In this document: piece after piece, positions 58,794 through 64,000 of the stretch
How the letters are laid out: each line of letters begins with the position of its first letter
Numbering within the stretch: position 1 is the first letter of the stretch
Assembly (NCBI GenBank): GCA_934101145.1
Contig: CAKOPZ010000003.1
Coordinates: forward strand, 6,589-70,588
DNA: 64,000 bases
Source: an uncultured Clostridia bacterium
GTDB taxonomy: Bacteria > Bacillota > Clostridia > TANB77 > CAG-508
Reading direction: 5' to 3'
Program-made: the position numbers and the translations under genes
Notes under the pieces: generated by a model
Told to the model about the DNA's origin: nothing
The model's input: only the letters and a program-made list of their open reading frames with translations
Databases searched by the model: none

Positions 58794-61541
58794 CTATTTT
58801 GCTTCATACCAATTGGTAGCTTCAGACACTTCCGCCTTAAGAGGAATACTCAATTTTGTTGCATTTTCCATACATGTTTTTAATATCTCTTTTACTTTCT
58901 CCTTTTCCTCTATTTTACATTCAATCATCAATTCATCATGTACTTGTAATATCAATTTTGCATCCAAATTTTCTTCCTTTAATTTATTATATGTATCTAT
59001 CATCGCAATTTTCATGATATCTGCTGCAGTACCCTGTATTGGTGTATTCATTGCAACTCTTGCTCCAAATTGTCTTACCATATAGTTTCTAGATGTAAGT
59101 TCTGGAATATATCTACGTCTATGAAATAAAGTTTCAACATATCCTTTTTCTTTTGCATCTTCTACAATGTCATCCATAAACTTTTTTATTCCACTATATT
59201 TTTCTAAATATTGTTCTATATATTGCTTTGCTTCTTTTCTGCTTACTCCAATTTGCTCTGCAAGTCCAAAATCACTTATTCCATAAACAATTCCAAAATT
59301 TACAGCTTTGGCTTTACCCCTTTGCTCCTTTGTAACTTCCTCTATTGGAATACCTAAAACCTTAGAAGCTGCTTGTTTGTGAATATCTTCTCCGTTTTTG
59401 AAAGCTTCTAACATATGCTTGTCTTGTGATATATGTGCAAGTACTCTTAATTCAATTTGAGAATAATCAGCATCAACATAGATATATCCTTCTCTTGGTT
59501 TAAATACTTTTCTAAGTTGTTTGCCAAGTTCTTCTCTTGTTGGAATATTTTGAAGGTTAGGCTCTGTACTGCTTATTCTTCCTGTTGCAGTAATTGTCTG
59601 GTGAAAGTATGAATGAATTCTTCCTGTTTTATCATTTATATATGGTATAAGTCCTTCTACATAAGTCGAATTTAATTTTGTCAAACTTCTATATTCCAAA
59701 ATTTTCTCAATAATAGGATGTTCTTTTTTTAACTTTTCAAGTACATCTACATCAGTAGAATATCCATTTTTTGTTTTTTTGTACACAGGTAATTTAATCT
59801 TTTCAAATAATACTTCGCCAAGTTGTTTTGGTGAATTTATATTAAATTCTGTTCCAGAAAGTTCATATATATCATTTTTTATTCCATCTAATTGTGCTTT
59901 TAGCTTATCACCAAACTCTATTAATTCTTCTTTATCCACTTTCATTCCAGCAAATTGCATTTCACCAAGTATCTCAACTAATGGCATTTCAATGTTTTCA
60001 AACAAATCAATTAAATTCAATTCCTTCATTTTTTCTATAGTTATATTATATAGTTTATAAATTAAATATACTTTAAATGCATTTATATGTTTTTCATTAT
60101 CTTCTGCTTGCTTACTATTATCATCATCCATTTGAAATAAATTCATTTGCTTATTTTTCTTCTCATCTTGCATATACTGATCTAAATATTGATCTGTATC
60201 TATATGTAAATACAATTCTGCAAGATTTTCAATTGAATAATTTCCCATTGTTTGGTTCAAATCGTAACCCGCAATTCCAGCATCAAAGCACATATTTTTT
60301 ATAGTAATTCCATTTTGTTTTAATAATACATAGTCTTCACATAAATTATGGCCATATTTTTTTATTTCAGTACTTTCAAATATACCTTTAAAATTCTTTT
60401 TTAATTCCTCATTATTTAATTTTATATCATATACAATATTTTTTTCATCACAGTAAATACTAATTCTATGAATATTCTTATGTACAATTTGCTCAGAATT
60501 TAGCACCTCAGTTTTTGCAATGATAAATACTAATTTACCAGATTTGTTTATTTCATCAATTACACTCTTAATTTCTTCCTCATTGGATATATCAATATCT
60601 ATTATTTGTAAAAGTTCATTTATATCTTTTGCTTCTATTTCAGAATGTGTTTCACTTCCAAGTCTATCACTAAATCTATCTATAAATCTATTAAACTTTA
60701 ATTTCTTAAAAGTTTCTAATACTTCTTCATTATTCCATTCAACAAGTTTAAAATCTGATATTTTCTCTTTTATTGGTACATCCAAATTAATTGTTCCAAG
60801 AGTTTTAGAAAGTAAAGCCAAATCCTTATTTGCAATAAGCTTTTCTTTTAACTTTCCTTTAACTGCATTTGGACTTTTTTCCATTGTCTTGTACAATTTA
60901 TCTATACTTCCATATTCTCTTATTAAATTAAGCGCTGTTTTTTCTCCAACACCTGGTACACCTGGAATATTATCAGATGTATCTCCCATGAGTCCTTTGA
61001 CCTCAATCATCTGCTTTGGCGTAACTCCATATGTTTCAATTACTTTATCTTCATCAAAGATATCTGTTTCTGTTTTACCCATTTTAGTTCTAGGTATTCT
61101 TATTTTTATATTTTTGCTTGCTAGCTGAAATGTATCTCTATCTCCAGAAACAATAGTAACTTCCATTCCATCTTTTTCTGCTCTTTTAGAAAGTGTACCT
61201 AAAATATCATCAGCTTCGTAACCTTCTTTTTCTATTATAGTGATATTCATTTGTTTTAAAATATCTTTTATAATTGGCATTTGCTCTGCAAGTTCCTCTG
61301 GCATAGCATGTCTTGTAGCCTTGTAACCAGCATACATTTTATGCCTTGCAGTAGGTGCCTTTAAATCGAAGGCAACAGCCATATAATCAGGATTTATATC
61401 ATCCATTACTTTAAACATAATTGCTAAAAATCCATATACAGCATTTGTATATTTTCCGTCAGGTGTTGTTAGCATTTTACTTCCCATTATTCCATAAAAT
61501 GCTCTATTTAAAATACTATTTCCATCTATTAAAACTAACAT
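58794..61541 (-). CDS. polA: DNA polymerase I
   Basis: 915 aa with a 5' nuclease N-terminus, DYSQIELR, RGKAKAVNFGIVYG and QVHDEL motifs. Confidence 0.95.
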   Translation of the reverse strand: MLVLIDGNSILNRAFYGIMGSKMLTTPDGKYTNAVYGFLAIMFKVMDDINPDYMAVAFDLKAPTARHKMYAGYKATRHAMPEELAEQMPIIKDILKQMNITIIEKEGYEADDILGTLSKRAEKDGMEVTIVSGDRDTFQLASKNIKIRIPRTKMGKTETDIFDEDKVIETYGVTPKQMIEVKGLMGDTSDNIPGVPGVGEKTALNLIREYGSIDKLYKTMEKSPNAVKGKLKEKLIANKDLALLSKTLGTINLDVPIKEKISDFKLVEWNNEEVLETFKKLKFNRFIDRFSDRLGSETHSEIEAKDINELLQIIDIDISNEEEIKSVIDEINKSGKLVFIIAKTEVLNSEQIVHKNIHRISIYCDEKNIVYDIKLNNEELKKNFKGIFESTEIKKYGHNLCEDYVLLKQNGITIKNMCFDAGIAGYDLNQTMGNYSIENLAELYLHIDTDQYLDQYMQDEKKNKQMNLFQMDDDNSKQAEDNEKHINAFKVYLIYKLYNITIEKMKELNLIDLFENIEMPLVEILGEMQFAGMKVDKEELIEFGDKLKAQLDGIKNDIYELSGTEFNINSPKQLGEVLFEKIKLPVYKKTKNGYSTDVDVLEKLKKEHPIIEKILEYRSLTKLNSTYVEGLIPYINDKTGRIHSYFHQTITATGRISSTEPNLQNIPTREELGKQLRKVFKPREGYIYVDADYSQIELRVLAHISQDKHMLEAFKNGEDIHKQAASKVLGIPIEEVTKEQRGKAKAVNFGIVYGISDFGLAEQIGVSRKEAKQYIEQYLEKYSGIKKFMDDIVEDAKEKGYVETLFHRRRYIPELTSRNYMVRQFGARVAMNTPIQGTAADIMKIAMIDTYNKLKEENLDAKLILQVHDELMIECKIEEKEKVKEILKTCMENATKLSIPLKAEVSEATNWYEAK

Positions 61542-61734
61542 ATTTTAATTATAAAGTGCTTTATTTTTTGCACTCTTCCTCCTTAAATTCATTTTCATTG
61601 CGATTATATCACATACGCCTACCATTTTCTAGCATTTGATAAAAACTATTTCCTATTTTAAGTCAAAAAAAGAGAGAAAATCAACGTAAAACCTATAAAA
61701 AGTTTTCTTCAATTTTATCTCTTTTTGTTCAATT

Positions 61735-62715
61735 TTAATATGATGTAAATTCAATATATTTAATTGCCAAATGTGGATAATCTACATATCCACTTGAAAA
61801 ATATCCTACACTATATAAATCTTCTGTAAGTCCTTTAAATTCACCATATACGTTTAGGTAATCATATTGTGAAAGATTTGCTCCATTTAATACCGATTTA
61901 TCAACTGTGCAATATAACATTCCAATATGTCTGTTATCATTTGTGCACGCACTAAGCGTAAAAGCTGATATTTCTCCGCCTTGTTTCCATCTGTCCTCAA
62001 CCATTCCCCTAAATTTCATTCTTTTACCTTTATATGAATTAGGATTTCTAACTATATCATCATATTTAGAATTATAGTTGTTACAGCTTGAAATATAGTT
62101 TGATTTTGATTCAGTTTTAATTGTCTTACTACTTGTAGAACTATTAGTTTTTGCATTACTAGTTGTACTATTTTTACTCGATGATACAGATGAACTATTT
62201 GTCGTATTTGTAGTCTTTGCTTTTTCATATGTTGCCTTTAGTGTTACATCACTTGTTATTCTTGAGCCAACATAGCCAACCATTTTAAATTCTTTTCCAT
62301 CTAATGTCCAGTTTTTAAATTCATATCCGTCTTTTTTTGGTTTAGGCAAACTTAAAAATGTATCTGAATTTACAGTAATCGGATCAATTTTACTGCCCCC
62401 ATCTGTATCAAATGTTATAATATATGATTTTTTCTCTTCTTGAGGTACTAGTACCACATTTGTACTAGTATCCCTTTCCATACAATTTATAAATGTTCCA
62501 AATATCATAACACAAATTAAAGCTGAGAAAAAAACATGACTTTTTTCATATTTTTTTAGTGAAAGTAACTCAATTAAAGTGCTTATTATAGTAACTAATC
62601 CTGTTATAATTGCCATTCCATTAAAAGTGCTGTTTTTACTCATAAACATAAAACACGTAATTACTCCCAAAATAATAGTTACCATTGGTAATGATTTTTT
62701 CTTCCTTTGTTCCAT
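61735..62715 (-). CDS. Membrane protein with a Listeria/Bacteroides-type (Flg_new) repeat and a Ser/Thr-rich linker
   Basis: 326 aa. N-terminal TM helices, the repeat YIITFDTDGGSKI...GYEFKNWTLDGKEF, and a poly-S/T/N linker. Confidence 0.6.
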   Translation of the reverse strand: MEQRKKKSLPMVTIILGVITCFMFMSKNSTFNGMAIITGLVTIISTLIELLSLKKYEKSHVFFSALICVMIFGTFINCMERDTSTNVVLVPQEEKKSYIITFDTDGGSKIDPITVNSDTFLSLPKPKKDGYEFKNWTLDGKEFKMVGYVGSRITSDVTLKATYEKAKTTNTTNSSSVSSSKNSTTSNAKTNSSTSSKTIKTESKSNYISSCNNYNSKYDDIVRNPNSYKGKRMKFRGMVEDRWKQGGEISAFTLSACTNDNRHIGMLYCTVDKSVLNGANLSQYDYLNVYGEFKGLTEDLYSVGYFSSGYVDYPHLAIKYIEFTSY

Positions 62716-62822
62716 AATTTCCCCCTTACAAAATATTTTATATCTTAAGATTATATCAAATAAAATATAAAGTCAATAATTTTTCATCTTTTTACTATAT
62801 GCTTTTTGTTAAGTAGAAAAAT

Positions 62823-62862
62823 TTTCCATTTTTTACACGATTTTTTATGTAAAAAATGGAAA
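62823..62862. promoter_or_regulatory. Perfect 15-bp inverted repeat upstream of the XRE regulator gene
   Basis: tttccattttttaca, a 10-nt spacer, then tgtaaaaaatggaaa. Ends about 70 nt upstream of the start codon at 62933. Confidence 0.45.
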
Positions 62863-62932
62863 TTATTATTTTTTCTGTTAAAATTGTATTGTAAATTAAT
62901 TATAAAATTTATTTGAAAGGGATCCGATAAAA

Positions 62933-63154
62933 GTGCAATTTAAAAGAATTAAAGATTTACGCGAAGACAACGATTTATTTCAAAAAGATATTGCCCAATT
63001 ACTTGGAATATCTCAGCAATATTATTCAGAATATGAAAGCGGAAAAAGAACTATTCCAGTTCCATATATAATCAAATTAGCAAAGCACTATAATGTTTCT
63101 GTTGATTATATTCTTGGATTATCAGATAATAAAGAAACGAACAAATTAGCTTAA
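62933..63154 (+). CDS. XRE-family helix-turn-helix transcriptional regulator
   Basis: 73 aa with a GTG start and the HTH sequence QKDIAQLLGISQQYYSEYESGKR. Confidence 0.8.
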   Translation: MQFKRIKDLREDNDLFQKDIAQLLGISQQYYSEYESGKRTIPVPYIIKLAKHYNVSVDYILGLSDNKETNKLA

Positions 63155-63180
63155 ATAAAAGTTAAATTTGTTCGTTTTTT
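63134..63180 (+). terminator. Terminator of the XRE gene
   Basis: Stem gaaacgaacaaatt/aatttgttcgtttt followed by a T-run. The stop codon lies in the loop. Confidence 0.7.
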
Positions 63181-63224
63181 AATGGCACTTTTTAAAGCTT
63201 GCCTCCAAAAAGTGCCATTAAATT

Positions 63225-64000
63225 TTACATCATTTTTTCTATATCTTTACATATCTTTTCAATTGTAATTCCATTTTGAGCAAGTAACTCATTTACATCA
63301 TATCTATCGTAGAAAGCTTTCGCTACTCCATAATTTTTTACTTTAATATTACTATCTCCATAAAATCTTGCAATTTTTTCTCCAAATCCACCATCAATCA
63401 TTCCATCTTCTAAAGTTAAAACTATTTCATGATTAGATTTTAAGTTCTCAAGAAGCTCATCATCAACACCTGTGATATATCTTGGATTAATTAAAGTAGC
63501 ATTTATATTAAATTTATTTTGAATTTCTCTTTGTAATTTTTCTCCTAACTGATAAAAATCACCAAGAGCTAAAATTGCAACCTTATTTCCTTCCATTTCA
63601 ACTTTATATTTGTTTAATTTACTATAATCAGTATCTACTTTTCTATCATCTGATATAACGCCATTGCATGGTACACGTATTGCAACTGGATGCTCATTTT
63701 GTTCAATACTCCAATCAAGCATTGCAAGATATTCTGCCTTTGATGTTGGTGCTAAATAAACCATATTAGGTATATTAGAAATCATCGGAATATCATATAA
63801 GCCAAGATGTGTTACATCATTCATTCCATAAACAGATGCTGTATTTATTATAATAGTTGCAGGATTATTATTTATGCATAAATCTTGAGACAATTGATCA
63901 TATGTTCTTTGCATAAAGCTAGAATGTGTTGCAAATACAGGTTTTCCTCCATTTTTAGCAATTCCTGATGCAAGTGCAATTCCATGTTCTTCTGCAATTC
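63225..64000 (-). CDS. Transketolase-family protein, DXP synthase-like (partial; N-terminus beyond the window)
   Basis: The reading frame stays open to the window edge. The pyrimidine-binding and C-terminal domain layout resembles Dxs (FMQRTYDQ..., PNMVYLAPTS, VAIRVP). Confidence 0.6.
   Translation of the reverse strand, partial: IAEEHGIALASGIAKNGGKPVFATHSSFMQRTYDQLSQDLCINNNPATIIINTASVYGMNDVTHLGLYDIPMISNIPNMVYLAPTSKAEYLAMLDWSIEQNEHPVAIRVPCNGVISDDRKVDTDYSKLNKYKVEMEGNKVAILALGDFYQLGEKLQREIQNKFNINATLINPRYITGVDDELLENLKSNHEIVLTLEDGMIDGGFGEKIARFYGDSNIKVKNYGVAKAFYDRYDVNELLAQNGITIEKICKDIEKMM

Noticed and set aside
62100-62230. Repetitive-looking DNA in the 61735-62715 gene, considered as a tandem repeat or contingency locus.
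   Set aside because: It is low-complexity Ser/Thr/Asn coding sequence with no exact DNA repeat unit.
63181-63219. Hairpin aatggcacttttt/aaaaagtgccatt, considered as the terminator of the dxs-like gene.
   Set aside because: On the minus strand the hairpin is followed by an A-run rather than a U-tract. It may work together with the adjacent XRE terminator, but it cannot be called confidently.
1-64000. CRISPR arrays, prophage, IS or integrative elements, tRNA and rRNA genes.
   Set aside because: No regularly spaced direct repeats were seen. No transposase, integrase, recombinase or phage structural genes were found. No cloverleaf-like GC-rich tRNA segments were noticed. The only dispersed repeats are the short families A and B.

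Overview
AT-rich (about 27-30 % G+C by eye) chromosomal segment of a spore-forming Firmicute (Clostridia-like). It is mostly housekeeping, and almost every gene lies on the minus strand. Recognisable content, left to right: ackA-pta, a GuaD-like deaminase, a pseudouridine synthase, RNase P RNA, gpsA-plsY-der, a VbhA-like/Fic pair, two tandem GT-C-like membrane proteins, rpmF, a decayed asnB relic, ppdK, a MOP flippase plus ATP-grasp pair, glyQS with its T-box leader, the spoIIIAA-AH operon, yebC, a NUDIX gene, copZA with a CsoR-type operator, a hydrolase, mscL, a PAP2 phosphatase, tag, a YolD-like/Y-family polymerase cassette, a 12-gene FASII/acetyl-CoA carboxylase cluster, a fused ABC transporter, a ZIP transporter, a second acyl-CoA synthetase, an rRNA methyltransferase, a thioesterase, a ClpX-like ATPase, slt, polA, an XRE regulator and a partial dxs-like gene. 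No transposase, integrase, CRISPR array, tRNA or rRNA was seen. Points worth a second look: (1) an orphan ClpX-like AAA+ unfoldase with no zinc finger, sitting on a one-gene patch of higher G+C; (2) two families of about 120-135 bp GC-rich, hairpin-forming intergenic repeats with compensatory base changes, one family bracketing the whole FASII cluster as inverted copies; (3) a shared palindromic box upstream of two paralogous acyl-CoA synthetase genes; (4) a FASII cluster with no fabH in the window, headed by an acyl-AMP ligase and a minimal BirA; (5) frameshifts in spoIIIAA (two) and spoIIIAH (one), and a multiply inactivated asnB; (6) a Fic/VbhA-like pair in which both the Fic motif and the inhibitory motif are non-canonical. 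All assignments rest on reading the supplied translations and the DNA by eye; no database search was run.
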